Positions 38,023 to 49,300 of a stretch of DNA of 64,000 bases are shown in pieces. A program made the translations under genes and the position numbers. Below the pieces are notes generated by a model. That model had not been told where the DNA came from and made no database searches. It saw only the letters and a list, made by a program, of their open reading frames with translations. Every line of letters begins with the position of its first letter. Positions within the stretch are counted from its first letter, which is position 1. Where the stretch lies: contig NZ_JAVKGN010000001.1 of NCBI RefSeq assembly GCF_031432215.1, positions 1,167,421 through 1,231,420 on the forward strand. The letters run 5' to 3'. This stretch comes from Halodesulfurarchaeum sp. HSR-GB. Lineage in GTDB: Archaea > Halobacteriota > Halobacteria > Halobacteriales > Halobacteriaceae.

Positions 38023-38577
38023 CTACACGACGAAGAGGGCTCCTTCGATGAGCCCGATCGTCACCACGAGTCGGCCCACGCTCCCGGCGAAGGCCGCGGC
38101 CGCGAAGCGCCGGTAACCGGTTCCGAGGACCGAGAAGGCATAGATCGAGGCCGTATCGGGGAAGAACGGAACGCTGAGCCCGATCGCCATCCCCAGGGGC
38201 CCCCACCGCTTGCCGAGTTCGACCATTCGCTTCTGTGACCACGCCACCGGGTCGAATCCCAGCCGTTCGATCGCCCCTGTCACGATCCCGGAGTGGCTGG
38301 CGCTGTGGCCGACCATCAACGCGATAACACTCCCGAGGGCCTTTCCGAGCCCGCTCACGACGATCACGAGCCCGATCTGGACTTCGTAGGGGAACGGCGC
38401 GAGCGCGAGGCTATTGGTCGGACAGAGATAGCCAACCGGGCAGAGAACGATCTCGCTTGGAAACGGAAGCACGAAGGCGATGAGCGCCGAGTAGACGAAG
38501 ATCACGCCAAGCCCGGACCAGCCCGAGGCGGCCCGGACGGCCGTTTCGAGCCCGAGGTCCAGGATGGCTTCGAGCAT
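38023..38577 (-). CDS. DedA/VTT-domain family membrane protein
   Basis: DedA-type motif in the region VIFVYSALIAFVLPFPSE... and size of 184 aa. Confidence 0.7.
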   Translation of the reverse strand: MLEAILDLGLETAVRAASGWSGLGVIFVYSALIAFVLPFPSEIVLCPVGYLCPTNSLALAPFPYEVQIGLVIVVSGLGKALGSVIALMVGHSASHSGIVTGAIERLGFDPVAWSQKRMVELGKRWGPLGMAIGLSVPFFPDTASIYAFSVLGTGYRRFAAAAFAGSVGRLVVTIGLIEGALFVV

Positions 38578-38616
38578 TGGCTCTCCCTGTGGGCTCCGGT
38601 CTCAAAACCGTGCCGA

Positions 38617-39690
38617 TCACGGACGGTGCCGGTCCACAGCAGCCAGGAACGCTTCTAGCATGTTCCGGTCCACGTGGGGCATGACGACGATCCGTATCGC
38701 CCCCTGCTGGGTCCGGGCGATCCGCCAGCCCGCTTCCCGAAGGCGCTCGAAGAGCGACTGACTCGCCTCCCAGGCCACGAGCGGGAGTTCCGGCTCGGCC
38801 ACCGTGAATCCCCGCGAATCGAGTGCCGTCGCGAGCCACCTGGCCAGTTTCATCGTCCGCTCGAAGGCAGCACGGTAGCCGTCGGGCCAGAGCGTTTCGA
38901 GTGCGGCGTGGGCGCTCGCGACGCCCGCCCCACTCCGGGTACCGCCCAGTGAGACCTGGGATTCGGACTCCAGGTAGGGCGTCTCGACGGACAGCGCGTC
39001 GAGCACCGATCGGTCACGCACCAGGAACCCACCAGCCGGAATCGCCGCCCGCCCGGCTTTGTGAGGGTCGATCGTCATCGTATCGATTTCGGCGTGGCCG
39101 AAGTGCCACTCCCGATCGGTAAACGGAAGGAGAAACCCGCCGAAGGCGGCGTCGACGTGGACCATCGCGTCGACGGAGTCGGCAAGATCCACCAGGGCCG
39201 GGATGGGATCGACCCGGCCGTACTCCGTCGAGCCGGCGACGCCGAACACGAGGGCGGTCCGCTCGTCCGCGGCGTCGGCCATCGCTGCGGGGTCCGCGCG
39301 ATGATCCGGCCCCGTCTCCACGAGTCGGAGTTCGACATCCAGCAGCGAGGCGGCCTTCCGAAGCGAGAAGTGGGCGCTGGTGGGCGCGACGACGTTCGGT
39401 TCGGCCACCGTGGCTCGGTTTCGCGCGGCCCGAACCGCCTGGATGTTCGCCTCGGAACCGCCGGCCGTGACATAGCCGTGGGGGTCCGCCAGGCCGGCCA
39501 GTTCACCCAGCATCGAAACCGTCTCCCGCTCGCGTGCGGCGACGGCCTGGAAGGTCGCCGGGTCGCCAGGATTCGAGCCCAGAAACTCCATCGCGGCCCG
39601 TCTGGCTGCCGGCGCCGGCTCCGTGCACATCGAGGAGAGCACTCGGTCGAAGGACTGTGGCTCCAAGTGCGAGCGATTCGGTGTCATCAA
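38617..39690 (-). CDS. mfnA: PLP-dependent L-tyrosine/L-aspartate decarboxylase (MfnA-type)
   Basis: Group II decarboxylase fold. PLP-lysine region in TIDPHKAG. Size and motifs typical of archaeal MfnA. Confidence 0.8.
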   Translation of the reverse strand: MMTPNRSHLEPQSFDRVLSSMCTEPAPAARRAAMEFLGSNPGDPATFQAVAARERETVSMLGELAGLADPHGYVTAGGSEANIQAVRAARNRATVAEPNVVAPTSAHFSLRKAASLLDVELRLVETGPDHRADPAAMADAADERTALVFGVAGSTEYGRVDPIPALVDLADSVDAMVHVDAAFGGFLLPFTDREWHFGHAEIDTMTIDPHKAGRAAIPAGGFLVRDRSVLDALSVETPYLESESQVSLGGTRSGAGVASAHAALETLWPDGYRAAFERTMKLARWLATALDSRGFTVAEPELPLVAWEASQSLFERLREAGWRIARTQQGAIRIVVMPHVDRNMLEAFLAAVDRHRP

Positions 39691-40931
39691 TGCCCGTCCT
39701 CCCGGAGGGTGCGAATTCGCTCGGGGACCGGCGGATGCTGGTAGTGAAACGCCTCGTAGAGCGGGTGCGGGAAGGGATTCGAGAGGTTCTCACCGGTCAT
39801 CTGTGCCAACGCGTCCGCCAGGGGGTCGCCCGATCCCATCACTTCGACGGCGAATTCGTCGGCGGCCCGCTCGCTTCTGAGCCAGAGGCGATTCGAGAGT
39901 GGCTGGGTGAACTGCAGCACCGGCTCCAGCCAGAGCCCCGCGAGCAGGAGCCCGGCCGCCGGGATCTCGGGCACGCCGAACATGGCGTACAGCCAGGACT
40001 GGCCCATGAGCACCTGGGCGAGCGCGAGCAGCACGGCCGCTTCGAGGATCGAGACGGCCATTCGCTGCCAGACGTGCCCCTTCTTCCAGTGGGCGAGTTC
40101 GTGGGCCAGCACGCTCTGCAGTTCCCGCGCCTCGAGTTGCTCGATCAGGGTATCGAAGAGGACGACCCGCTTGGTCCGGCCGAACCCCGTGAAGAAGGCA
40201 TTGGAGTGGCCGGATCTGGAACTGGCGTTCATCGCGTAGACGTCCTCGCAGGTGAATCCGGCCCGATCGAAGACCGCTTCGACGGCCGTCCGGAGGTCCC
40301 CCTCCTCGATCGGCTCGAAGTCGTAGAAAAGCGGCATGATCACCCGCGGGACGACGATCTGGGAGCCGAGCACGAACAGCGCCACGACGCCCGTCGCGGC
40401 GAGCCACCACCAGGTGGGGAACTGCTGGAGCACGAGGAGAATTCCGGCCCCCAGGATGGAAACGAAGGCCACCGAGACGGCGGTCTCAACGATCGCGTCG
40501 CGGACGAACAACCGTGGGGACTGTTCGTTGAATCCGTAGGCCGCCTCGATCCCGAAGGTGTCGAAGGCTTCGAAGGGAAGGGAAAGCAGTTGCATTGTGA
40601 CTGTCGCCACGACGAAAATCCCGACCCCGGCGAGGAGGTCGTGCCCGATCGCTCCGTCGATCGCGGCGACTGCGTCTCCGAACAGGCCGGTGTAGAGCAC
40701 TAACAGGACGACCGCGAGGACGAGCACGTTCTTTAGCGTGCCGGCGCTCGTCGAGAGGCGATGGTACTGGCGCAAACGGGCGGGGTCATCGACGGCCAGT
40801 GTCTCTGTCAGCCACGCGGAGTGCTCCCGGATCGTCCGATCCGCGTGCCGAACGTTCAGTGCGGCGAGCCCGGCAAAGACTCCCGTCGAGCCTCCCACGA
40901 GCAGTAGAAAGACGGCGTGATACGCGAGCAT
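39687..40931 (-). CDS. M48-family zinc metallopeptidase (Ste24/HtpX-like), polytopic
   Basis: [10 protein letters not shown] (HExxH) and a downstream E ([10 protein letters not shown]), about 7 TM helices. Start set at MLAYHAVF (40931); the upstream part of the track ORF looks like a shadow frame. Confidence 0.75.
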   Translation of the reverse strand: MLAYHAVFLLLVGGSTGVFAGLAALNVRHADRTIREHSAWLTETLAVDDPARLRQYHRLSTSAGTLKNVLVLAVVLLVLYTGLFGDAVAAIDGAIGHDLLAGVGIFVVATVTMQLLSLPFEAFDTFGIEAAYGFNEQSPRLFVRDAIVETAVSVAFVSILGAGILLVLQQFPTWWWLAATGVVALFVLGSQIVVPRVIMPLFYDFEPIEEGDLRTAVEAVFDRAGFTCEDVYAMNASSRSGHSNAFFTGFGRTKRVVLFDTLIEQLEARELQSVLAHELAHWKKGHVWQRMAVSILEAAVLLALAQVLMGQSWLYAMFGVPEIPAAGLLLAGLWLEPVLQFTQPLSNRLWLRSERAADEFAVEVMGSGDPLADALAQMTGENLSNPFPHPLYEAFHYQHPPVPERIRTLREDGH

Positions 40932-40968
40932 ACGCTTCGATACGGCAGCAGGTAAAAACGTCTGACGT

Positions 40969-43224
40969 TTAGCGAACAGAGTCGAGCAGCAGGCGCTGTT
41001 CGGTCCGTTTGACCTCGTGCTGGACGTCCCGCACGGCGTCGATGTTCGCCGAAATCGAGGAGATCCCCTCCTCGACGAGGAACTCGACCATCTCGGGCTT
41101 CGAGCCGGCCTGGCCGCAGATACTCGTGTCCACGTCGTGCTCCCGGCAGATCTCGATCGTGCGACCGATGAGTTTGAGCACGCCGGGGTGGAGTTCGTCG
41201 AAGCGGTCCGAGACCCGCTCGTTGTTCCGGTCGACCGCCAGGGTGTACTGCGTGAGGTCGTTCGTGCCGAAGGAGGCAAAGTCGATGCCCTCCGCGGCCA
41301 TCTCCTCGATCGTCATGACGCTGGCTGGCGTCTCGATCATCACGCCCCACTCGCGTTTCGTCGTGTCGATGCCCGCCGATTCGAGCAGTTCCCGGGCCCG
41401 CCGCACGTCCTCCGCGTCGTTCACGAGCGGGAACATGATCTCGACGTTGTCATACCCCAGTTCGTAGAGGTGCTTGATGGCCGCAAGCTCGTGTTCGAAG
41501 ATCTCGGGCTCGTTCAGACTGCGCCTGAGGCCCCGGTACCCGAGCATCGGGTTGTGTTCGCTCGGCTCGTCGTTGCCGCCTTCGAGCTGTCTGAACTCGT
41601 CGGTGGGCGCATCGAGGGTGCGCACCCGGACCGGTCGCGGGTAGAACTCCTCGGCAACGGTGCGGATCCCGTCGACGATCTCGTCCCGGTAGGCCTTGGC
41701 TCCGTGATCGTCGATGTACCGCTTGGGGGTCTTGTTCGTCCCCATGACCATGTGCTCCATCCGGAGGAGTCCCACCCCGTCCGCCCCGGTTGCGGCCGCC
41801 CGCTCGGCGGCCTCCGGGATCGAGATGTTGACCTTCACCTCCGTGGCGGTCATCGGTTTGACCGGCGCTTTCGGGCGGGCCTCCTCGATGGGCTCCCGTT
41901 CCGACTCTTTGGGGGTGTCACGGCCCTCGCGGACTGCACCGCGCTCGCCGTCGATCGTGATGATCTGGCCGTCGCTCAGAATTTCGGTCGCGCCGCCGGT
42001 GCCGACCACGGCCGGCACGCCGAGTTCGCGGGAGACGATGGCGGCGTGGCTGGTCATGCCGCCCTCTTCGGTGATGATGCCCGAGGCCCGCTTCATCGCG
42101 GGCACCATATCGGGAGTGGTCATCGGCGTGACGATGATGTCGCCCTCGCTTACCTTGTCGAGTTCGTCCAGTTTGCGAATGATGCGAACGGCGCCGCTGG
42201 TGATTCCCGGACTGGCTCCCAGCCCCGAGAGGATATCCTCGCCGCCGGCTCCTTCGACCTCGGTGTCGTTCGAACTGGTGTCGTCGATCGTGGTGATCGG
42301 GCGGGACTGGAGCATATAGACAGTCCCGTCCATGATGGCCCACTCGACGTCCTGTGGGGTCTCGTAGTGGTCCTCGACCCGCTCGCCCATCTCGACTAGC
42401 TCCTGTATCTCGGCCTCGGTCAGGACCTGGGAATCACGGCGATCGTCCTCGATCGACCGGGTGACGGTCTCGCCGGTCTCCTCGTCCCGGACCATCTCGA
42501 TTTTCTTCTCGGCGACGGTGACCGACTCGATCTCACGGCTCTCCCGGTCGACGTGGTAGTTGTCAGGTGACACCGATCCCGAGACGACGGCCTCTCCGAG
42601 CCCCCAGGCGGCCTCGATGATGGTCTGGGGCGCGCCAGTCGACGGGTGGCTGGTGAAGAGGACGCCGCTTTTCTCGGCGTCGACCATCTGCTGGACGACC
42701 ACGGCGATGTCGACCGCGTCGTGGGCGAACCCCTGTTCCTCGCGATAGTAGATCGCTCGCTGCGTAAAAAGCGAGGCCCAGGCCCGCTGGACCCGATCGA
42801 GCAGTTCTTCGCCCTGAATGTTGAGGTAGGTCTCCTGCTGGCCGGCGAAACTCGCTTCGGGCAGGTCCTCGGCGGTCCCCGAGGAGCGCACCGCGACGAA
42901 CGGCTGTTCGCCCTCCAGGTCGGCGTACGCGGCCATGATCTCCTCGCGGATGTGTTCGGGCATCTCGGTCTCCAGAATCAGTTCCTCGGCCCGCGAGGCG
43001 GCCGCCGAAAGCGCCCCGGAGTCCTCCGTGTCGACGTCGACGGCCGCGAACAGCTCCTCGTCGATGCCGGTGTCTTCGATGAACGATCGATACGTGTCCG
43101 CGGTGACGACGAACCCGGGCGGGACGGGGAGCCCGGCGTCGGTCATCTCCCCGAGCGAGGCCCCTTTCCCGCCGACGCTCCCGATGTCGTCGGCTCGTAT
43201 GTCTTCCAGCCAGCGTACAGCCAT
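40969..43224 (-). CDS. ppsA: Phosphoenolpyruvate synthase (pyruvate, water dikinase)
   Basis: ATP-grasp N-terminus (GGKGASLGEM), phosphohistidine domain (GGMTSHAAIVSRELGVPAVVG), C-terminal PEP-utilising TIM barrel. Start set at MAVRWLEDI. Confidence 0.9.
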   Translation of the reverse strand: MAVRWLEDIRADDIGSVGGKGASLGEMTDAGLPVPPGFVVTADTYRSFIEDTGIDEELFAAVDVDTEDSGALSAAASRAEELILETEMPEHIREEIMAAYADLEGEQPFVAVRSSGTAEDLPEASFAGQQETYLNIQGEELLDRVQRAWASLFTQRAIYYREEQGFAHDAVDIAVVVQQMVDAEKSGVLFTSHPSTGAPQTIIEAAWGLGEAVVSGSVSPDNYHVDRESREIESVTVAEKKIEMVRDEETGETVTRSIEDDRRDSQVLTEAEIQELVEMGERVEDHYETPQDVEWAIMDGTVYMLQSRPITTIDDTSSNDTEVEGAGGEDILSGLGASPGITSGAVRIIRKLDELDKVSEGDIIVTPMTTPDMVPAMKRASGIITEEGGMTSHAAIVSRELGVPAVVGTGGATEILSDGQIITIDGERGAVREGRDTPKESEREPIEEARPKAPVKPMTATEVKVNISIPEAAERAAATGADGVGLLRMEHMVMGTNKTPKRYIDDHGAKAYRDEIVDGIRTVAEEFYPRPVRVRTLDAPTDEFRQLEGGNDEPSEHNPMLGYRGLRRSLNEPEIFEHELAAIKHLYELGYDNVEIMFPLVNDAEDVRRARELLESAGIDTTKREWGVMIETPASVMTIEEMAAEGIDFASFGTNDLTQYTLAVDRNNERVSDRFDELHPGVLKLIGRTIEICREHDVDTSICGQAGSKPEMVEFLVEEGISSISANIDAVRDVQHEVKRTEQRLLLDSVR

Positions 43225-43348
43225 GTGGCAGGTAAACGAACCCGGAGCGAGCCCATGAAGGTTGCGGAGGGCCGGTTCCGGTAAACTTGGGTACTGACCC
43301 GGACCTCGTGACGGTGGATTTAAGCCGGACCCCACACCCGTCACCGGC

Positions 43349-43777
43349 ATGGAGCGAACTCGATCCCTTCGATGGGCTGGTCGGTACTTCCTCTACACCA
43401 CTGGGCTGGGCCTGTTGGGCCTCCTGCTGGTCGGACTCGGTGGCTACCTGGCGTATAGCGGACTCATGCTCGGGCCGGAGACGATCTACGGGGTCCCCTA
43501 TCCCCACGTCACGAGCACGTCTTTCTTCGGTATCGTGCCGGTCGTCCTCGGGGTCGTCGTCTGGCGCGCGGGCAAGGCCTGGGCCCTGTATCACACGCTT
43601 TCCGGGGCCGTGAGCGAGGAACTCGGGGATACCTACGACACCGAACACGTCAAAAGTGACATCGTCGCGGTGCTCGACGACCGCCTGGCTGACATGCAAC
43701 AGGACCTCCAGTCGGTCAATCGGGAGGTGCGGGACCTCAAGGAAGCCGAGGAGTTCGAGTTCAACACTGCGGATTGA
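43349..43777 (+). CDS. Hypothetical membrane protein (two TM helices plus acidic coiled-coil tail)
   Basis: 142-aa ORF divergent from ppsA, high GC3, hydrophobic segments YFLYTTGLGLLGLLLVGLGGYL and FFGIVPVVLGVVVW. Confidence 0.5.
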   Translation: MERTRSLRWAGRYFLYTTGLGLLGLLLVGLGGYLAYSGLMLGPETIYGVPYPHVTSTSFFGIVPVVLGVVVWRAGKAWALYHTLSGAVSEELGDTYDTEHVKSDIVAVLDDRLADMQQDLQSVNREVRDLKEAEEFEFNTAD

Positions 43778-43840
43778 TCGGGCCGAGACGAGTGGATTAA
43801 AGTCCTCGCTCCCCTCGGTGGCCAATGGTGACCGAAGCTA

Positions 43841-44542
43841 ATGGGTGAGCTCCCGGACGAATTTGACTGTACCATCACGAACTGGGATTACATCTACGGT
43901 CTCACCAGGGACGTCGCCAAGCAGGTCCGCGCGGCGGACTTCGAACCGGACGTCATCGTCGCGCTGGCCCGCGGGGGCTGGTTCGCCGGGCGTGTCCTCT
44001 GTGATTTCCTGGGGCTGGATGACCTGACCAGCCTGAAGGTCGAACACTACGTCGGTACGGCGGCGAAATCCGAGGAGCCGGAGATCCGCTACCCGATGCC
44101 CGAAGGCTCAGTCGAGGGCAAGGACGTGCTGATCGTCGACGACATCGCGGACACCGGCGGGTCGATCGAGCACGCCTACGAGTACGTGACCGACCGGAAC
44201 TCCGGGGAGGTCCGCACGGCCACACTCCAGCTCCTGCAGACAAGCGAGTTCGAACCGGACTTCATCGGCGAACGCCTCTCGGACTGGACCTGGATCGTTT
44301 ATCCCTGGAACTTCATCGAGGACATGGTCGATCTCGTCGCCGGGGTCATGGAGAAAGGCGGTGACGGTCCCTACCGCCCCGAGCAGATCCGTACTCTTCT
44401 CGAAACCTATCACGGGATCGATCGTATCGAGATGGAGATCGCCCAGCCGGACCGCCTGGCGGAGGTCCTGACGGAGATGGCCCATCGCGGGGTCATCACC
44501 CAGGAGGGCGAGAACGCCTGGGCGCTCACCGACGCGAACTGA
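43841..44542 (+). CDS. Purine (hypoxanthine/guanine) phosphoribosyltransferase with about 80-aa C-terminal extension
   Basis: PRPP-binding motif VLIVDDIADTGGS. Archaeal Hpt-like N-terminus. The extra C-terminal region has no obvious motif. Confidence 0.7.
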   Translation: MGELPDEFDCTITNWDYIYGLTRDVAKQVRAADFEPDVIVALARGGWFAGRVLCDFLGLDDLTSLKVEHYVGTAAKSEEPEIRYPMPEGSVEGKDVLIVDDIADTGGSIEHAYEYVTDRNSGEVRTATLQLLQTSEFEPDFIGERLSDWTWIVYPWNFIEDMVDLVAGVMEKGGDGPYRPEQIRTLLETYHGIDRIEMEIAQPDRLAEVLTEMAHRGVITQEGENAWALTDAN

Positions 44543-44589
44543 CCGTCTGGGAACCCAACGTTAAGGGCCCGAGGGACGAAGCTATCGGT

Positions 44590-45444
44590 ATGATCGGATT
44601 CATCGGTGGAAGCGGTATCTACGAAGCCCTTCCGCTCACGGACGTCCGCGAGCGCGAGATCGAGACGCCCTTTGGCGAACCGAGTGCCCCAGTCACGATC
44701 GGGACCTACGAGGGGACTGAGACCGAGGTCGCGTTCATCCCCCGACACGGCCGGCACCACCAGTATTCGCCGACAGACCTGCCCTATCGGGCGAACATCT
44801 ACGCGTTCAAGCGCCTCGGCGTCGAGCGGGTCATCGCGAGCAACGCGGTCGGGAGCCTTCGCAAGGAGATCGAGCCCCGCACGCTTGTCGTGCCGGATCA
44901 ACTCTTCGACCGCACCCGCCATCGGGAGTACTCCTTTTTCGGAGACGGGATGGTGGTCCACCAGGGCTTTGCCGACCCGTTCTGTCCCGAACTCTCGAAG
45001 GAACTCCAGAACGCCGCCGTCACGGAGACCGACGCGTCCGTCAAGGGCGGATGCACGTACGTCACGATCGAGGGGCCACAGTTCTCCACCCGGGCCGAGA
45101 GCGAGTTCTACCGTGAACAGGGATTCGACATCATCGGCATGACCGCCATCCCGGAGGCCAAACTCGCCCGCGAGGCCGAACTCTGCTATGCCACCGTCGC
45201 CGGCGTGACCGACTGGGACGTCTGGAAGACAGACAGCCAGGTCTCCCTGGAGGAGGTGCTGGAGAACGCCTCGCACAACGAGGCCGCGATTCAGGACGTG
45301 GTCGGGGCGGCCATCGAATCCCTCTCCGAAACCCGCTCCTGTGAGTGTGGGTCGGCGCTGGAGGGAACGATCAACACGGACCCCGAGCACATCCCCCAAT
45401 CGACGCTGGAGTCGGTAGCCCCACTCGTCGAGGACTACCTCTAG
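44590..45444 (+). CDS. mtnP: S-methyl-5'-thioadenosine phosphorylase
   Basis: PNP/MTAP family motifs (FIGGSG, FIPRHGRHH, GMTAIPEAKLAREAE). C-terminal Cys-containing tail, as seen in archaeal MTAPs. Confidence 0.85.
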   Translation: MIGFIGGSGIYEALPLTDVREREIETPFGEPSAPVTIGTYEGTETEVAFIPRHGRHHQYSPTDLPYRANIYAFKRLGVERVIASNAVGSLRKEIEPRTLVVPDQLFDRTRHREYSFFGDGMVVHQGFADPFCPELSKELQNAAVTETDASVKGGCTYVTIEGPQFSTRAESEFYREQGFDIIGMTAIPEAKLAREAELCYATVAGVTDWDVWKTDSQVSLEEVLENASHNEAAIQDVVGAAIESLSETRSCECGSALEGTINTDPEHIPQSTLESVAPLVEDYL

Positions 45445-46376
45445 TCTTCGGCCTCGACGCGCTCCGTGGGGCCGATTTCCTCGGCCTCTCCGTCTCCGAC
45501 TGCGTCTTCGCGCTCTGTTGTGGTTTTTTCGCCGTCCGCAGACACGTCCGTTTCGGCGGTTGGGGGCTCCTCACTCCGCCGATCCTCGATCCAGAGATCG
45601 CCGAAGAGTTCGTCCTGATCTAGGAAGACTGCTCCCCGGTGGGCCAGAAAGAGCAGCGCGAGGAACGTGTCGACTCGCGAGCCACCAGCGTCCGCGATTT
45701 CGGCGAACAGGACCTCGGCTCGGCCCCGGTCGTATCGCTCGTGGAGTTCGGCCTCGACGGCCTCGATGAGCTCGTCGATGTCCTCGTCGTGGGCGGTGCC
45801 GGTGACATCCGCTTCCTCGGGTTCGCCCTCGCTGCGTGTGTCGTCTCCCGAGCGGTAATCCAGGGTCTGAACGCCGCGCTGGAACCCCTTGGGGGAGTTC
45901 TCGGTGTCATACGACCGGCCCGACTTCCACCAGGAGCCCCGTTCGGCCTCCCGGAGTTCGTGGACGAGTTCGTCGAGGGTTTCGGGGGTCCCACGGGCGG
46001 ACTGGCGTTCCAGCCGGCGGTCCATTTCGGCCTCTAGCTGGTCGATCGGATCGCCGACCCCCGTCTCGGGCCCGTCGAGAGGCGTGTCACCTGCGAACGG
46101 GTCGACCCGTTCGGGTTCGTCCGGCTCCGGGTCCTCGTCCTCGACGAACAGTTCGTCGCTTTTCATCCGGAGGAGGACACTGGCATAGAAGAGCGCCCGC
46201 CCAGAGGTCCGGATTTCGGCCTCGTCGATGGCCGCCAGGAAGGCGTCGGTCACCTGGATGATGTCGATGTCCCAGGGGTCGATCTCCCCCCGTTCCGCGA
46301 GCCCGACCAGCACCTCGACGGGTTCCGGCCCCTCCTCATCCGGCTCTTCCGGGCCGAAGGCCGCGGCTTCAGTCAT
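45441..46376 (-). CDS. scpA: Segregation and condensation protein A (kleisin)
   Basis: Highly acidic kleisin-like protein. Overlaps the smc stop by 8 nt. Conserved N- and C-terminal helical ends. Confidence 0.75.
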   Translation of the reverse strand: MTEAAAFGPEEPDEEGPEPVEVLVGLAERGEIDPWDIDIIQVTDAFLAAIDEAEIRTSGRALFYASVLLRMKSDELFVEDEDPEPDEPERVDPFAGDTPLDGPETGVGDPIDQLEAEMDRRLERQSARGTPETLDELVHELREAERGSWWKSGRSYDTENSPKGFQRGVQTLDYRSGDDTRSEGEPEEADVTGTAHDEDIDELIEAVEAELHERYDRGRAEVLFAEIADAGGSRVDTFLALLFLAHRGAVFLDQDELFGDLWIEDRRSEEPPTAETDVSADGEKTTTEREDAVGDGEAEEIGPTERVEAED

Positions 46377-49300
46377 CGGCGACCGCCTCCTCCCGGCCGG
46401 CCAGGTCGATGCCCGTGACCGCCGAGACGTTGTTCTCCTGCATGGTCACCCCGATGGCCCGCTCGGAGCGTTCGAGCATGGCCGAGCGGTGAGAGACGAC
46501 CACGAACTGGGCCTCGCTGGCCAGTTCGTCGACCATCTCACCGACCCGCTCGGCGTTCGCGGCGTCGAGGAAGGCGTCGATCTCGTCAAGCGCGTAGAAC
46601 GGGGCCGGGTTGTACCGCTGGACCGCGAAGATGAAGGCCAGCGCGGTGAGTGATTTCTCGCCGCCCGACATGGCGTCCAGGCGCTGGACCGGCTTGTCAC
46701 CCGGCTGGGCGCGCATCGTCATGCCGCCCTCGAAGGGCTGCTCGGGATCTTCGAGTGAGAGTTCGCCGGTCCCATTCGAGAGGCGCTCGAAGATCTCCTG
46801 GAACTGGTCGTTGATCGCCTCGTAGGCCGCCATGAAGTTCTCGCGTTTCAGCCGGTCGTAGCGGTCGATGCGCTCTTCGATTGCCGCCCGCTCCTCGTCG
46901 AGTTCGTCGTGTTTTTCGGTTAACTGGTCCAGCGCCGATTCCACGGTGTCGTACTCCTCGATGGCCTTCATGTTGACCGGCTCCAGGCGGGCCATCTGGC
47001 GTTCGAGTCGCCTGACGTTTTGCTCGACGGTTTCGAGGTCGGGGACCGACTCGGGATCGGTCTCCTCGACGTTTGCCTCGAGTTTGGCGACCTCGGCTTC
47101 GAGCCGCTGGGCCGACCGTTCGAGGCTCTCGATCCGGTTCCGCAGACTCTCGGCCTCGTTTTTCGTCTCGTCGCGCTCGTCCCGGGCCGCCGCGAGTTCC
47201 TCGCGGAGGTCCTCGCGCTCGGCCTTGAGATCCGCCAGTTCCGACTCGAGTTCTGCGATCTCCGCCTCCTTCTCCTCGATGTCCTCGCGTCGCTGTTCGA
47301 TGGTCGCCTCCAGGTCTTCGATCCGCTCTTCCTGTTCGGCTTTCGTGTTCTGGGCGGACTCGACGGTCTCGTGGAGGTCCTCGATGGCCGACTCGGCGTA
47401 CTCCTTCTCCAGGTTCAGGCTGTTGAGCTCGCTGTCGATGTCCTCGATGCGATCCTCCAGGTCCGCGACCTCGGCCTGCAGGGACTCCTTTTCGTCTGTG
47501 AGTTCCGGGATCTTCGACTCGGCCAGTTCGGCTTCCAGATCCTCGATCTCCGCTTCGGTGGTGCTGATCTCTTCCTCGGCGGCCTCGATTTCGGCGTCGA
47601 GTTCGGCCATTTCGGCCTGAACGGACTCGCGTTCTCCCTCCAGTTCCGCGATCCGGGTTTCGAGCTCCTCGATGTCGGTCTCGGCCTCCTCGCGGTCCCG
47701 CTCGGCCCGCTCGATTTCGGACTCGATCTCCCGCACGCTCTCGACTGCGTCGGCGCGTTTCTCGCGCGCCCGGTCGAGCTGTTCGTCCAGGTCGGTGATG
47801 TCGGCCTCGATGGAGGCCCGTTCGTCCTCGAGGGACTCGATCCGTTCGGCAACCCGTTCGAGTTTGCCCTGGCCCGTCGCCGTAAAGGAGTAGCGGGACC
47901 CGGAGCGGCTGCCACCGGTCATCGCACCGCTTTTCTCCACGAGGTCGCCGTCGAGGGTCACCAGCCGGAACTCGCCCATGAACTCCCGGGCGGTCGCCAT
48001 GTCCTCGACCACGAGCGTATCCCCCAGCACGTAGGAGAAGACCGGCGCGTAGGTCCGATCGAAATCGACCAGGTTGTACGCGAAGTCGATCACGCCGGGG
48101 TCCTGGGGCAGGCTGGGGAGCGAGCGGTGCTCCATCTCCGTGATCGGGAGGAAGGTTGCCCGACCGGCGTTCCGGGACTTCAGGTGTTCGATACAGCGCT
48201 CGCCGACGCCGTCGTCAGCCACGACGACGTGGGCCATCCGGCCACCGGCCGCCGTCTCACAGGCGGTCGCGTACGCTTCTTCCACGCTTCCGAGTTCGGC
48301 GATGGGGCCGTGGACGCCCTCGATGTTGGCGTTGCGAATGGTCGTGACGGCCCGGCCGAAGGAGCTGTCACCGCTTTCGTCGGCCCGTGCTTCGAGTGAC
48401 GCGTACTCCTCCTGAGCGGCATCGAGTTTCGATTCGACGGCCTCCAGATCCGAACGCCGCTCTTCCCGTCGGTTTTCGATGTCTTCGATGACCTCCTCGA
48501 TCTGGGTCTTGTTCGTCCGGGCTTTCTCCAGTTCGCGGTCCAGATCGGCGAGTCGCTCATCGAGCTCCTCGATACGGGTCTGGGCGGCTTTCTTATCCTC
48601 CCGGGCGGATTCGAGTTCGGTCGACCGCCGCCGGGCCTCGTCGAGATAGCGGTCCTTCTTCCGCTGGAGGTCGTTGCGCTCGGATTTGGCCGCTTCGAGG
48701 GATTCCTTCGCCGCTTCGAGATCCGCCCGGAGATCGTCGTAGGCCGTGTCCACGGCCTCGATTTCAGCCTCGACCGACTCGATCTCCTCCTGGAGGTCCT
48801 GCTTCTCGCCGACCAGCGAGGCCTTCTCGACTTTCAGCTCGCGGATCTCGCCTTCCAGGTCCTCGATCTCCTCCTGCTTGCGGTCGATCTTGACGAAGGC
48901 CTGTCGCCGAGTCTCGGTGGCTTCCTCGATCCGCTCTTCGGCCCCGTCGATGCGGTCCTCCAGGCCGCCGATCTCGGCCTTGAGCTCCTCCATCTCGCGT
49001 TTGAGTTCGAGCTGTTCCTCCTCGCCGGTCCGTTCGATCTCGGCCTCCAGGTCTTCGAGGTCCTCGGTGAGTCGCGTGACCCGCTCCTCGCGTTCAGCGA
49101 GTTTGGCCTCCATGGATTCGAGTTCCGCCTCGCGATCCTCGATATCGGCCTCGGTGGCCGCGAGTTCCTGCCGGCGCTCTTCGAGTTCGGCGACGTCCCG
49201 GTAGGCCTCGTATTCGGCTTTCTCCTCGCGCAGGCCCTGGTACTCCAGGGCCGTCTCCCGCTCGTCTTCGAGCTGTTCGAGGCGTGTTTCTTTCTCCTCG

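Noticed and set aside
39687-41279. 530-aa extended version of the M48 peptidase ORF
   Set aside because: The first 116 residues are S/T/R-rich shadow translation overlapping the ppsA 3' region. The real start is probably MLAYHAVF at 40931.
41017-42399. 460-aa plus-strand ORF opposite ppsA
   Set aside because: Antisense shadow ORF.
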